Below, piece after piece: positions 11,659 through 25,500 of a stretch of DNA of 64,000 nt. Positions within the stretch are counted from its first letter, which is position 1. The number at the start of each line of letters is the position of its first letter. The notes beneath the pieces are model-generated. The model ran no database searches, had not been told where the DNA came from, and saw only the letters and a list, made by a program, of their open reading frames with translations. The position numbers and the translations under genes are program-made. The stretch is from the human T2T-CHM13v2.0 reference genome, Homo sapiens, in the NCBI RefSeq assembly GCF_009914755.1, contig NC_060934.1; one strand, 5' to 3'.

Positions 11659-12664
11659 CTTTCAGGGCAGAGGGGAGGGACGTGGGGTTAGGGCATATGC
11701 TCTGTGCATCACCACAGCAGAAGCAAGGGGGGCCATGGTCAGAGCCCCCCCGCAACACTGACACAGCCAGACTCAGCACACGCCATGGTGCGAATAAGCC
11801 CAAAGCCGGCACTACACACCACACAGGGGCGACCAAACCTGAGGCTGTGAAGATGCATCATCTGCCTATTAGTGGCTGTAAAGAGAGTGATGAAGATTAT
11901 TTGGGTTCATCAGCTTGCCTCCCCCACCCACCTCACTTCCTTCTCCATCTCCCCATCTTCCTTTTTCAATCTGGAAAACTGTCTGACCATGAGGAGAAGC
12001 CCCCTCAGCAGTGAGGAGGGACCGTGCTTTGGGGCTACAGACCCAGAGCCCTGGGGCACCGCGGGACCTGACAGATGCTTGGCGCATCCCTGTCTCCTTC
12101 AGACAGAAGGCTCAGAGAGGCTGGTGACTGCCGGGTCCCACGCCAGGCTGGGGTCCGAGGCAGGCCCCCTGTTTCCTGAGCAAAGGAATCCTGTTTCCTG
12201 CAATCCTAGCAGGGTGCATGGGATTTCCACTAATACTTCCTGAAGCCTGTCCCCGTGTGTCCTTCCTGCAACGCCTGCCTCCTTCTTGCAGAGGTTCCCA
12301 GTGGCTGTTCCCTGGCTCCCAGTCACGCACCAGGGTGCGAATCCAACAGTGGATTCTTTTCATTGTGAAATAAGAGAATGGTTCTGGCACGGCGGGAAAG
12401 GGAGACCAAGAAAGCCCGAGGAGGCTGTGCTTCACCCTTGTTGGGCCCAGCTCATAGACCAGAGCATTCCATGCAGGGGCCAGCAGCCCCTGCCCACCTG
12501 GTTACCAAGGGCTACTGATGGCGGCCACTCCCAAGCCTGTCCATGCTGGTTGGACTCGCTATTATGCCAGATGTAACTAACTGAAAGTACATGATCCAAT
12601 GGAAGATGACCATGAAGATGATATATATTTAATATATTTTTTTCTATGAAAATTAGGTTGTCAA

Positions 12665-12810
12665 GTCCAGGCACGGTGGCTCATGCCTGTAATCCCAGCA
12701 AGTGGGAGGCCAAGGTGGGCAGATCACTTGAGGCCAGGAGTTCAAGACCAGCCTAGCCAACGTGGTGAAACCCTGTCTTTATAAAGATAAAAAAAAAAAA
12801 AAGTTAAAAA
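12665..12810 (+). mobile_element. Alu left monomer / FLAM-like element
   Basis: Single monomer plus A-tail. TSD aaaattaggttg on both sides. Confidence 0.85.
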
Positions 12811-14565
12811 AAATTAGGTTGAATCCTTTGGGAACACTGGATTAAAAAAGAGAAATCACTAAAAGAATTTCTGAAAAATTAGGAATGAGTGGGACTACTG
12901 CACAATGATTGGGAAGAGCTGCAGAGGACAAGGAGGAGGCTGTTCTTGGATGCTGTTGAGTGTCTAAGGTTCCCTTCCACAAAAAGAAACGAACTAGAAG
13001 TTGTTGATGATGCATTTTTGGGTGGTTTATATCAGGAAGTCGATGCACAATGACATTCAGTAAATCAATCCTAAAGGCCTCAGCCCGCCATCAAAATATG
13101 GCTGCCAGATATACAGTTTCATATTTTAAGGCAAAATAAAATGCGTAGAGTATATGTCTCCCATGTAATGCTTTCCTGCTTCAACCGACTTGTTTTGATG
13201 AATCAACCACCTACCCTCATTGCTTCAGATAAGAAGGCCGACTGTCAAGATAGGCTTTAATAAGTTAGAAAGTAGACTGCTATAAAGCAGAAATTGAGTA
13301 GAACTTGTCAGCAAGTGGCAGAGCCTACGTCAAATGTAAGTGTCTTGCCTGTCCCCTCAAAGATGCTGCTGTGGACGTACTAGCCCCAGATTCATGCCTG
13401 CCCCTCATGGCTTCTCTCTGCAACTTGTGGTCATGCGCCTTGTTTTAAAACCCACAGGAAGGTGCTGCTGGGAGCCTGCCCTTGTTAGGGTGGGACTGTG
13501 GCCAAGCTACCCTTCAGCAAGGCTGGGTAGGCTCCACCTACCCAGCAAATGCGGGCCTCTCCGCTCCCATGTGTGGATAAGGCCAAGGGGTATTGGAAAG
13601 GGAGTGGTCCAGGGTCCTCAACCAGCTTGCAGCTTGCCGGCCATATTACCTTGGGCACACCATCCCCACAGCTCAGGGCCTGGCTTCTTCAGTAAAATAA
13701 TAGGACTGGACTTGATCATCTCTTAACAGCCATCAGAAAATAATCTATGATCCAATGAAGACATAAGAAGATTCCATTGTATATTGGGAGTTAGCTAACC
13801 TTACCGTCAACACCCCCATCTGAGGTGACACTGTGATCCTTTATGGTTCCAGCATGATGGTAATTTACAACCCCCTCCCCCCATGCACCCGGTAATTCTG
13901 TGTAAGAATCATTGGCAAGTGTCTACAAGTTTTAAAATAAAGAATTTGGAGCAGGATTTCTGTAGGAAAGGTTTCAGGAAAACAAATGAACCTCTGGTGT
14001 GGTTAATCAAGACTAATATGATTCCATTGGAAATAAGCCCATCAAGAAAAATAAATTATGTTTTCAGCAATTAGAGTCCTCTTCTACCCTAAAGGTTCTC
14101 TGAACTAAAATAACAGCCTTCTTTAGTTGAAACCCATTGTGTGTGATTTCAAGAACATGTGTTTAATATGATCTGTTGTCCTTGTTTTAATTCCTTTTGG
14201 AAATATTTCAGTTCAGACACTGGTTCTGAATGTTGGTAGTAAGAGGAACAGCACAGTTTGAAATGTTATTTTGAAACTCTTCATGAAGGAAGGTTGCTTT
14301 TCAAATTACTTTGAACAACAAAAGTCTTTTTTAAAATCATAGAATGTTAATTTAAAAGGTAATTACAGCTCAGTCTGATTTTCTTTGTTAAATAAAAGTC
14401 ACATGAAAAGGTCAAAAGAAATGAATACCTTTAGAAGAAAATATTTCAAACACAATAACTGCTCTATTTAAAAAATGCTATGGATTGCAAAACCTTTTAC
14501 AAATGAATGTATTATTACTTAACTTGTTATGGGCTGGCTGTAAAAGGGCAGCTCAGCCTACTCAC

Positions 14566-14643
14566 CCCTCTGCCGTGGCACTGCATTGCACACTCGTGAA
14601 CCCCAAAGACACTAATATTTTGACATTGACGATTCAGGCAGAT
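14566..14643 (-). CDS. ADAM12: ADAM12 exon ~17: end of Cys-rich / start of EGF-like domain (ICLNRQCQNISVFGVHECAMQCHGRG)
   Basis: Manual translation. Acceptor tcctcctacag|, donor |gtgagt. 78 nt, phase 0/0. Confidence 0.96.
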
Positions 14644-14985
14644 CTGTAGGAGGAGGAAAACACAGCAAATCTCTTAGTATTTCTCCAACCCCTCCAGCAT
14701 GCATACATACCTGTATTCAAACAAAAAGCAAGCAAAAGAAAGCTTGGAGAAGACCCAACCTTGTCTCAGTTAATACGGATGGAGCATAACAATACATTTT
14801 ATACTGGACTCAGGCATGGATCTTATTGCCTGACTCCTCCAAACTCAGCACATTTTGAGACTAAGTTCAATGTCAACACTATTAAATTATTTTGCATTTT
14901 ATGGCTTTTAATATAACTTTCAGTTGATCCTAAAATTATAACTGATTTTCTTATGAGTTTTGTTTGGAGCTTGTAAAGAAATCTA

Positions 14986-15429
<444 letters not shown>

Positions 15430-16117
15430 TTAAGGGAGAGGTTGAAATATGGGAACTTTTTCCAGATACTGACTGACAAGTAGTATCATCAATGACATAA
15501 ACCATCAGCAACGAGGCTCAGCAGAGGAAAACAGACGGCTCCTTGAATTTATCAAGCTGTTGTAGTGGTAGGCATTTCCTAAGTGATACTGGTCTGGCTG
15601 AAAGAACTCAGCCTCATTTCAAATGTGCATAATATACTCCAGACTCAAGGGATGCAGCCCTTTATCTCCTATAAGATTTTACAAATCCGTGGAGTCAAAG
15701 GAAAAAGAGTCTAACGTTCAAATGGCAGAAGAATTTTTAATCAAGTAGAACCTTCCTATTGAGGAGGTCACCATCCGACCCCAACAGCTCATATAAGGGC
15801 AAGAGGCATAGCCTTTGGGAGAAGCGCTGGCCCAAGCAGCACTGAGGGATTCCCACTCGGTGGGTGCGAATCCTGGCCAAGGGGATGGTCACATTCCAGC
15901 TGATAAAAGAACCTGTCCTGGATTACAGTGAACACAGCAGGACCCTCATGGGAATCACTGCGGATCCCTGAGCCCTCAGAGAACCAAGGTTCTGAGATCA
16001 AAGCACATTTCATCTTGAACGTGGAAAACAAATTTGATGATAAATTGAGCCCTTGGAATTGGAATGTCCAGATGCACCTGGCCCTGGCTGTTCAGGCTAC
16101 AGTTTAAAAAAAAGGTG

Positions 16118-16810
16118 TCAGTCAGAATGGCTGTTATTAAAAAGTCAAAAAACAACAGATGCTGGCAAGGTTGTGGAGAAAAAGGAACACTTATATACTG
16201 CTGGCGGAGTGTAAATTAGTTCAACCATTGTGGAAAACAGTGCAGTCATTCCTCAAAGGCCTAAAACAGAAATTACCATTTGACCCAGCCAACCCACTAC
16301 TGGGTAATACCCAAAGAAATATAAATCATTCTATCATAAAGACACATGCACTCATATGTTCATTGCAGCACTACTCACAATAGCAAAGACATGGACTCAA
16401 ACTAAACGTCCATCAATGATAGACTGGATAAAGAAAATGTGGTACATATACACCATGGAATACTATGCAGCCATAAAAAAGAATGAGATCATGTCCTTTG
16501 CAGGAACATGGATGGAACTGGAGGCTGTTTTCATAAGCAAATTAATTCAGGAACAGAAAACCAACTACCACATGTTCTCACTTATAAGTAGGAGCTAAAT
16601 GATGAGAACACATAGGCACATACAGGGGAACAAAACACACTGGGCCTATCAGAGAGTAGAGGGTGAATGAGGGAGAGGATCAGGAAGAATAACTAATGGG
16701 TACTAGGCTTAGTATCTGAGTGACAAAATAATCTGTACCACAAGCCCCCATGACACAAGTTTACCTGTATAACAAACCTGCACATGTACCCCTGAACCTA
16801 AAAGTTAAAA
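16118..16810 (+). mobile_element. 5'-truncated L1 (L1PA/L1PB) 3' end
   Basis: ORF2 C-terminal remnant (WIKKMWYIYTMEYYAAIKKNE) and L1 3'UTR ending cctgcacatgtacccctgaacctaaaa. Confidence 0.92.
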
Positions 16811-17763
16811 GACAAAATATGATTTGAGCCTAAAAATATCAGATGTCATTTTAATGTCAAGGCCTGAATATGAGCAAATGTGGGTAAGGAGACATTCAGA
16901 ATGTATAAGAAGATTCATGTACGATCCTATTTCTCAAGGAAAAAGGATTTGTGGCTCAGGGTGTGTGGGGCCAAAGACAGGAGAGTGGAGGCAACACCTG
17001 TCCTCAGGATTCTGTCTCTGCCTCTGTCTTTTCTTGCCTGTGTGACCTCATGTTAGTGAGTGATTTCAAGACCATGTTGAAAATGGAGTCCTAAGAAGCA
17101 TTTGGGGGTTGTTTCATCCTTTTCTTAAAACATTGTATTCGCTTGCTGTCATTTAGTCTGATGAGAAAGTTTGGTGAAAAAAAAAAAATCAGTATGGCAG
17201 AGCATGAAAATCTCAAATTCTTTTTTTCTTCCAAAAAAAAAAAAAGTTTGACTTTATTTCTAAACCTCAAAATATCTCCATGTATCTTTCTCCCTGTTCT
17301 CTGAAAGGACTCCCCTCTGGTTTTGAGTTTCTTCCACTCCTTTCCCTCTCCTATTCTTCTCTCTACAGGGTTCTAAAAATACATCTGATTTCCCATTCTG
17401 TTCAGGTGAGGACAAGCCCCCAAGAACTCTGTGCTAAAAACCAAGCCACATATCCAAAACCAATAGAATATGCGATTGTATTTCTTTCCAAAGTAATTTC
17501 CTGGCTAGAAGTCCTCATGCCACCTGGAGTGTAGAAATGACTTATTAACACTCAAGGCCTAAGAAGACAGGCTTGATTTTTCCCCAATCTGCATTTTAAT
17601 AGTCAGACCAGGATCTAGGATTTATTGACTTTTTCTTCTAGGTGCATCTGAGAAGAAGTAGATTTAGGAAAACCAACAAACCTTGTAACCCAGTTCTTGC
17701 TGTTTTTCAATGGGCCCTGTTCCAGACTTACATTTATGATCCAAGCAAACATTTGGGTCTTAC

Positions 17764-17962
17764 TTTTCCATCTGCACACTTTGTGCCTGCAAGCACAAGC
17801 CCTGGGTCCGGCATGTCATCGCCCAAGTACACGTGGGTCCCCCGGCACAGAATCCGGCCTCCTTGCTGCAGGGGGATGTTTGTTTCTATGGAAACGGCAT
17901 TGGTACCAATGACTGGCCGGCTGGCACCTCCTTGACACTGGATTTTTCCACATTTAGCATCT
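17764..17962 (-). CDS. ADAM12: ADAM12 exon ~16: Cys-rich domain (DAKCGKIQC...GTKCADGK)
   Basis: Inside ORF 17734..18069. Acceptor cccttccag|, donor |gtaaga. 199 nt = 1 + 66 codons. Confidence 0.97.
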
Positions 17963-18071
17963 CTGGAAGGGTAAGAACAAACAATTCCCAAGGAGAAACC
18001 ATTTGGAACCAACCCTATGCAATGTGGGAAGGTCAGAGCAAAGACTTTGCCAGGATGTCTGGATTCCATAC

Positions 18072-18180
18072 CTCATCTCGCATTTGGCAAAGGAACTCTT
18101 CGAGACTTTGCCACAGTTGCCATAAGGATCACCTGCAGAATTGACTCTCTCAAAGCAGATCCCAGGGGCAGGTTTAGCAC
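18072..18180 (-). CDS. ADAM12: ADAM12 exon ~15: Cys-rich domain (AKPAPGICFERVNSAGDPYGNCG...KCEM)
   Basis: Manual translation. Acceptor tctgtttcag|, donor |gtatgg. 109 nt, phase 1/2, matching the neighbouring exons. Confidence 0.96.
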
Positions 18181-19844
18181 CTGAAACAGAAGCAGAACTG
18201 CATTTTCATCTCCTGCAGGTGATTTTTTTTTTTTCATGGCTGTAGGCCTCTCAAATGGTTACGGGGAGACGTGCTCAAAGCAATCACACCCAGTGTCTGT
18301 CCCGACTCATGGTGGGAGCTGGCCAGGGGAAGCCTAGGGTGTCAGCAGCTCGCATCCTCTCTTGACTCGGCCTCTGGCAGAGCACATGTTCCAATGCTTA
18401 CTCTTCCTTAGGTCTGCTCTCTGGGCTTGTGGCATGTGTGGCCTCTCAGGAAATGAGGCCTGGCTGTGGAATGAGATCTGATCCAGGGCAGAAAGGAGGT
18501 GGCTGGCTGGCTGGCTGGCTGCAGAGAAGGGGAAGTTTGCTCTCTTTAACAACATCCCACACAATTCCGGTGAGGAAATGCAAGCCAGGGCAGGCTCCAA
18601 AGGAGCAATGAAGATATCTTCTATGATATTTTTAGTCCCATAAAGCTCCCTATAAGAGAAAGTACTACCTTCTTTTAATACCTTCTATTTTATTTGCAAG
18701 GCAGAGATTTCTCTCAGAGGCCATGGAGTCATAAACCCTGGTAATCCCTATGTACAACATGACGGTTCCCAGCAAAGAGGGTCATGGCAGCCAGAGAGCT
18801 CAGAAATGGCCATTTTTAGCACATCTTCCAGCCACAGAGAGAGCACATATAATCAGCATTTGCAGCCAAAGTTCTGGAGGACTCCTGAATCCTGGACATA
18901 GTGATGTCTGTTGAAGACTATTGAGCAAGTCAAGAAAACATGCCACATTCTTTAGAACAAACCATGCCCTGCGGCGTGGTCCCTTTTCTCTCCCTGATTG
19001 GTGTCCTGTTTGGCACTTTATCTCACATCGCTTCTGATGGCCAGGATGCCGACACTCCAGAGCCTCACTCTGACTCCTGCCCTTCTCTGCTCTCCACCCT
19101 GGGGAGGCTTTGCTTTCCAAGGTGACAACGGATTTATTTAAGATACCTCGTCCCAGGGAACAGAAGATGTTCTTCTTACTAAAAACATCCCCCTTCGTTA
19201 GCCTGCACCTGATCCCTTCTCATCAGCTACTAGCAGACATGATCATCTCATTCAACACACATGTGCCACACCACCTTGCCATCATTTGATGTGAACAGTG
19301 TGCTCAGTGCTCCAATCTCTGCAATGAGCCAGCCTTGCACCTCTCCTTTTCTCATTTCTTTTATAAGCCATGTTAGAGAAGCCTCTGCAATCTCTTTTTT
19401 CAGGGGCATTAGCCCAGACTGGACACAATTCTCTGTCATGGAGAAAGATGAGGTCCCTAGCTCCTCACATCACATGCCCTTTCCTTCCATCTGTTCCACA
19501 TCTGCCTTGCTCACAGTAGGATGACACCACCGACACACTCAGCTCCTATTGGGGACCTGATTTGTCCGCATTCTGCCTTCTTTTTCTCTTTCGTCTATCT
19601 GTCAGAGCAGGGAAGGATGGGGAGGGAGAGCCTCAGTGTGGAACCTGCACTTTGTGCTTAATTTAATCCTGTTTGGCAGCACTTTTGATCAAAGTACTGG
19701 GATCTGATTGATCAAAGCAGTTTGGAAAAACTGGCATCTAGAATAGTAACAATTCAACAATTGTTTGTGTTTTTGCACACACCCTATGTATTTGTTGCTT
19801 GCCTAACTCTATCTCCCTCCCAACCATCCTTCTTTCCCTCTTTT

Positions 19845-20063
19845 TCCTCCCTCCTTCCCTTCCTACTTCCTTCCATCATCCATTTATATACCCATCTATC
19901 CATTCATCCATCCATCCACTCGTCCATCCAGCCAGCCACCCAGCCACCCGTCCATCCATCCGTCCAGCCAGCCACCCGTCCATCCATCCATCCATCCATC
20001 CATCCAGCCAGCCAGCCACCCATCCATCCATCCATCCATCCATCCATCCATCCATCCATCCAT

Positions 20064-20098
<35 letters not shown>

Positions 20099-20190
20099 CC
20101 TGTCCATCCATCCAGCCAGCCACCCGTCCATCCATCCAGCCAGCCAGCCAGCCACCCATCCATCCATCCAGCCAGCCAGCCAGCCATCAT
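19845..20190. repeat. Compound (CCAT)n/(CCAG)n tetranucleotide array
   Basis: Direct reading. It explains the spurious repetitive ORFs at 19722-20344. Confidence 0.95.
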
Positions 20191-20199
20191 GTTGCAGGC

Positions 20200-20460
20200 T
20201 TCAATCAGACACATGTATTTATTCAGCACCTACTATCTTCCAGACATTGGGAGTATAAGAGGGACCAAACTGGACAAACCTCCTGCTTGCTTGAAAATTG
20301 CAAGGAGACACAGAGAAAAGACCCAAATGATTATGTTCCTCTAAAGCCCAGTGTTAGGGAATGCTATGAAGGTAGAAACAGAGTAGGAGGGTTCAGGGGA
20401 CTGTTGCTTTTAAAGGCAGGCTGGTCAAGGAAGACCTCTTAGAGAAGACATCATGAGCTG
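20200..20460 (-). mobile_element. L2 3' fragment
   Basis: atgtatttattcagcacctactat...cagacattggg, then ggtcaaggaagacctctt...gagctgaat. Confidence 0.6.
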
Positions 20461-21409
20461 AATCCTACCATTTAATCCTACAAGGTAGGTCTCATTATTC
20501 CATTTTATGGACAAGAAAATTAGCACATCAGAGGTTAAATATATTTCTCAGATTCACATAGGTAACGAAGGCAGGATCATCTAAGGGTGAAGCCAGGCTT
20601 CTGGGCTGTTCCCTCCTGTGCTCCATCCTCACAGGTGCTGGACCCTGCACTGGGTCTCAGGTGTAGAGAGCAGATTAAGACCTGGCCCTGCAGCCCAAGC
20701 AACAACAGGTTCAGTGGATGTGGGGTGTGCTGCTGCAGCTGCCTGTGGAAGGGCTAAGAAAATGGGGCAGGAAATGGCTTTGTTGCTTCTTTCCCTACTT
20801 CATAAGGCTAGGACTCGGAAATACAAGCAGCTCCTAGTGACTGCTTAGCTCCTAGGAAATGGGTGGGTGGAGTTGACATCACTGTGCCATTGCACGCAAT
20901 GCTATTCTGATGTCCTAGATTCTGCTACCTTTATTATAAAGTAATTTCTTTCTTGGGAATTGTGACCACTTAAAAAATACATATACCATGACACAATTCA
21001 AATATGTCAGTTGATACATTTGTTTTCCTTATAGGGAGCTCTAAAGAGACTTTGGGCAGTTTCAGACACGTGAGCTCACAAACAGCTCAACAGGAGCCTG
21101 GGAGGAGAGTTGGACGAGGTTGGACTGGGGAGTACAGAAGGATAAAAACAAAGAGAGGAAGGGGGAGAGAGAGAGGACGAGAAAGAGACCAACCTCAACA
21201 GGGATTGAAGAGGCTGCAAATGTACTGGCAAAGCAAAGGGGAAGCTTGATACGTGAATACCAGATAAAGGGCTATCGTTATGATAGGAAGTCAAGCAAAG
21301 GCATGGAAACAGTGTGTAATCAAGTATAAAAGCATTCTGGAAGTGAAAACACTGGATCTCTACTTGGGAATCCAAAGCTGAAACACACTGAGCCTTCTGG
21401 GTCAGAGTG

Positions 21410-21824
21410 TGACGTGGTTTGGATCTGTGTCCCCACCAAGTCTCATGTAGAATTATAATTCCCAATGTTGGAGGTAGGACCTGGTAGGAGGCGATTGGAT
21501 CATGGGGGCAGTTTCTCTTGAATGGTTTAGCACCATCACCTTGGTGCTATTCTTGGGATAGTGAGTTGAGATCTGGTCGTTTAAAAGTGTGTGGCACCTC
21601 CCTTTTCCTTCTCTCTCTTGCTCCTGCTCCGGCCGCGTGATGTGCCTGCTTCTCCTTCACCTTCTGCCATGATTGGAAGCTTTCTGAGGCCTCCCCAGAA
21701 GCAGAAGCTACTCTGCTTCCTGTAAAGCCTGCAGAACCAAGAACCAATTAAACCTTTTTTCTTTATAAATTACCCAGTCTCAGGTATTTATTTATTTATA
21801 GCAGTGTGAGAACAGACTAATACA
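21410..21824 (+). mobile_element. MaLR solo LTR (MSTA-like)
   Basis: TG...CA ends (tgacgtggtttggatctgtgtccccacc ... agactaataca). 5-bp TSD g(a/g)gtg. Confidence 0.88.
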
Positions 21825-22205
21825 GGGTGTGCTTATGATTGTAATGCCCCAAATGCTGGTGGAGCAGCACAGCTCAGAAAACCAGGTGTGTGTAAGATGC
21901 AATGCCTTGTTTACCAATAACGCAGAAGCATGGTACACGCCCCAGCAGAAGGCCACCTGGCATTTCAGGAGCACCGCCATTCTCCCAAAGACAAACCCTC
22001 AGAAAGGCTTGTGGCCAATTCGAATATGTGAATTTTTACCAACACAGATGACACAGTCAAGCATCATCTTATAATATGCTGTCAATTAACTTAATGAGAA
22101 ACAGTTAAAAGAATCACATTTTAATTTAGATTGTCTTAAAAAAAAAACCTCTCCCACACCGTGGAACAATTTTACTGAGATGACGTTTCCTTTGGTCTCA
22201 GTCTT

Positions 22206-22501
<296 letters not shown>

Positions 22502-25500
22502 TGGTCTCAGTCTTCTTGCTTTCCATGGCACATTCCCTGCACTTCCGGCTTTCTCAAGATGCTGACATTTTTTCTTCTGTTATGTTATCGCTGGAAATCT
22601 TGTTTCTAGGTTCAAGTACCCACTCTTCCAACACTTTTTAATAGAGAAAGTGAGCACTTTCTCTATTAGCCCAGTGGGTGTATATTCATAACCTCCACAA
22701 CTGAACCACCCACTCTATTGCTTATGAAAGTGAACCCTTAAAAGCTCTTTTACCAGAATAACCAAAATGGGATGAAGTCACAGCCGAAGAATAATATTTA
22801 AGCATGTGATAGATGCACCTGCCTTTTTTTAAACCTGATTTTGTCAGGCAGCCTTGATGAACCTGCGTGGATGCAGGATGATGAGCGCCAAAGCGCCTTC
22901 CCACCTGCTCTGCGACATCCAAAAGGTGTGGCTGAGAGAGTGACAGGTCAGTGGTTAGCGATTCTTTTTGCTGACTACTTTCAGGGGGAAGCCTTGTTTT
23001 ATAGCTGGGCATGTATGGGGTCTAAGAAAAATACCTAATGCCTATCAGTCTTCAGCCTTTTTAGATTGCCCCCTCCTGTCTGACTGATCTACTCAGTAAC
23101 CATGCTTCAGAGTTGGAAGAACAAAGGCTTGGAACTCGGGCTGATCTGGCATTCAATGTCCAAAAGGCCTTGTTGTACAAGCTCTCGAGGTTCTGTCCCC
23201 TCATCTGTAAAATGGGGACAAGGACCTGACTCAAAGGTGCTGTGGAGGTGCATCAGTGTGTAGAGCTCCTGGCATGTGGCAGACCCCTAGGAAACCCAAG
23301 TGATAATGAAGACCACCTTGGACTGTGGGGAAGGTGTGGCTTCTGGACTTTAGGGCTGGGGGTGTGTGTGGGGAGAAGAGAGTTCCTTGTACCAGCCCCT
23401 GCTCGCATCAGTTACCACACCTGTAACGATTCATGATCACGTCAGTAGGGGCTTTACATCCATCTCCCTCACACTTCATGGTCTCCAGGGCCTTACACAT
23501 TAAGGGCAACTAGTGGAGACTGTGGGCTAACCAGATGCCTCAGGAAATGAGAAGGAAAGAAGAGAATCTCATCTGAAACCCTAATAGTTTTTGCACATCC
23601 TTTGCATATAAATCAGAATTATCATCCAGCACAAGGATTTCAACTTCCCTGCACCCATCCCCTTACTCCTTTCAATGAGTGTGGTTCCCCACGGCCCCCA
23701 AATCCCAGCTGGTTCTGGGAACCCTCCTGGCCTGGGCTTCCAGACTCCCCCTGAGTCAGCACCCAGTGCCACATTGAAAGAGGCAGCAGGCAACCCTGGG
23801 CAAAGACCCTTGAGTCTGACTTCTCTTTATGCCACTCAACCCTAGAACAAAGATCATTTTCCTGTCATTACTCTCCTTGCTCTTAACAAACACACACACT
23901 TTAAATGAACGATACATTTTAGATCATCAGCAGGCCATTTGTAATTAAAGTATGGTGCTGGATACAGCACGCGGTATCATCTTTGATCCTTATAGCCACC
24001 CTGTAAGGTCTACATTCTCCCCATTTCAGAGATTTTCACTTAGACTCAGCGTTTTAGCAACTTGCCGAAGATCACAATGTAAATGGCAAAGTTGGGTTTG
24101 TCTCATGGGTTTAAAGCCAAAACCCATGATCCAGCCATGATCCTGTGCTGCCTTCCTCTTGGAAACCCCCTACTTGACTATAGACTCCTGTCCCTGCCAT
24201 CCTTTCCTCTTCGGAACCACCAACATATTCTCCTGTAATCCAGCTGCTCATGGAGTCAACTTCTTCTTCACCAAATCTTTTTCCAAAAAATCTCCTGACA
24301 GGTGAGGACGACAGCTGCCTCATGCTCATGTCTCAGGTGCTGAACTGACCTGGGTCACGGCCTACCCCCTGCACCTGAGCATGCTTAGTGAGATTTCCCT
24401 TTAAAACTGGGACAATGGAGGCAGGCAGCAGATATTTGTATGCTTTTTGTTGCATCTATACTGATTCAGGGAAAGAAATGAAAAATTCGGAGTAGAATGA
24501 CTTGGAAACCTCTGAGGGAGCAGTTCCTCAAGAAATAAATCTCAGTGAAGTTTGGCCAGTAAAACTGACTCCACTCTGCCATTAATTCATCCAGTGGCTT
24601 GAACGATGCGAGGTTCTAAAGGTTAACTTTCTGTCTACCTCCAGGAAGGCAATAACGGTCACCTTCTAAGAGTTTCATTCATTTGAGCTTTCACCCAAAA
24701 CATGAGGGAGTGAGGGATGCCATATCATACTTTACCACTGAAATATGGCCAGGACGTGATGTCCCTGAGGCACAGCAATGATAGGGCTCACTGCCACATG
24801 GCAAAGAAAAGGGGCATTTGCAGGAGAGGCAGGCTATGATTTCATCAGCCATGTAAACACGGGGATAGGACAGATGCATTTCTCTATGGAATCAAAGGCC
24901 CGAATGCATACTCCAGCCCCTGTCATCTACTTTGTTCATTCTCTTCCCTGGAGAATGAAGAAAAGTGGCTAACTCACGGGTAGCCCCAATAGATACGATC
25001 TTTTGCTTCCTTTTATCAGCCCTCTGAAACTGCTGCTGCTTTAATTTGGTAGTGGTGGTGAGGGTTTGCAAGGAAGGTGGGAGGAAGATGGAGCAGAGCC
25101 CTGTTTACAGTGCTTACTCTTATCCAGTTGGCCAGGGTGCCTTACCCTGGAGTCTCCAGGCTGTAATGAGAAATCTCCCATGAGGAACACGGATGTTTAA
25201 AGGCTAAGGGGTTTCAAATGAACCAAACTTCTAAGGACGCAGCGGCCGGAACTTGGTCCTGTTTGCAACACGCCCCTGCTGCCCCAAACTCCAATGTTAG
25301 GTTGTAGGATGGTACCATGGTGGGCTCTGGGCCACTTCCTGGGGCCAGGGAGCTGCCAGCTAGTGGTCGCCAGAGTGATTCAGCACAACTCCTTCCAGAA
25401 GCACACACTGGCCACACCCCTCCAGGGTGAAATCTACCTGTGTGGTAGGAGGTTGCTCCGGGAGCTTGGAGCAGCAACAGCACTTTGTGAAAACGGATTG

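Noticed and set aside
11433-12014. 193-aa plus-strand ORF antisense to exon 18 (also 6413..6883 antisense to exon 20)
   Set aside because: GTG starts, GC-rich sequence, no recognisable domain; expected by chance opposite coding or GC-rich DNA.
19722-20344. Long ORFs of 178/181 aa and W/M/D/G-rich antisense ORFs
   Set aside because: They are translations of the (CCAT/CCAG)n array, which is stop-poor. The same applies to ORFs at 52990-53534 and 37188-37692.
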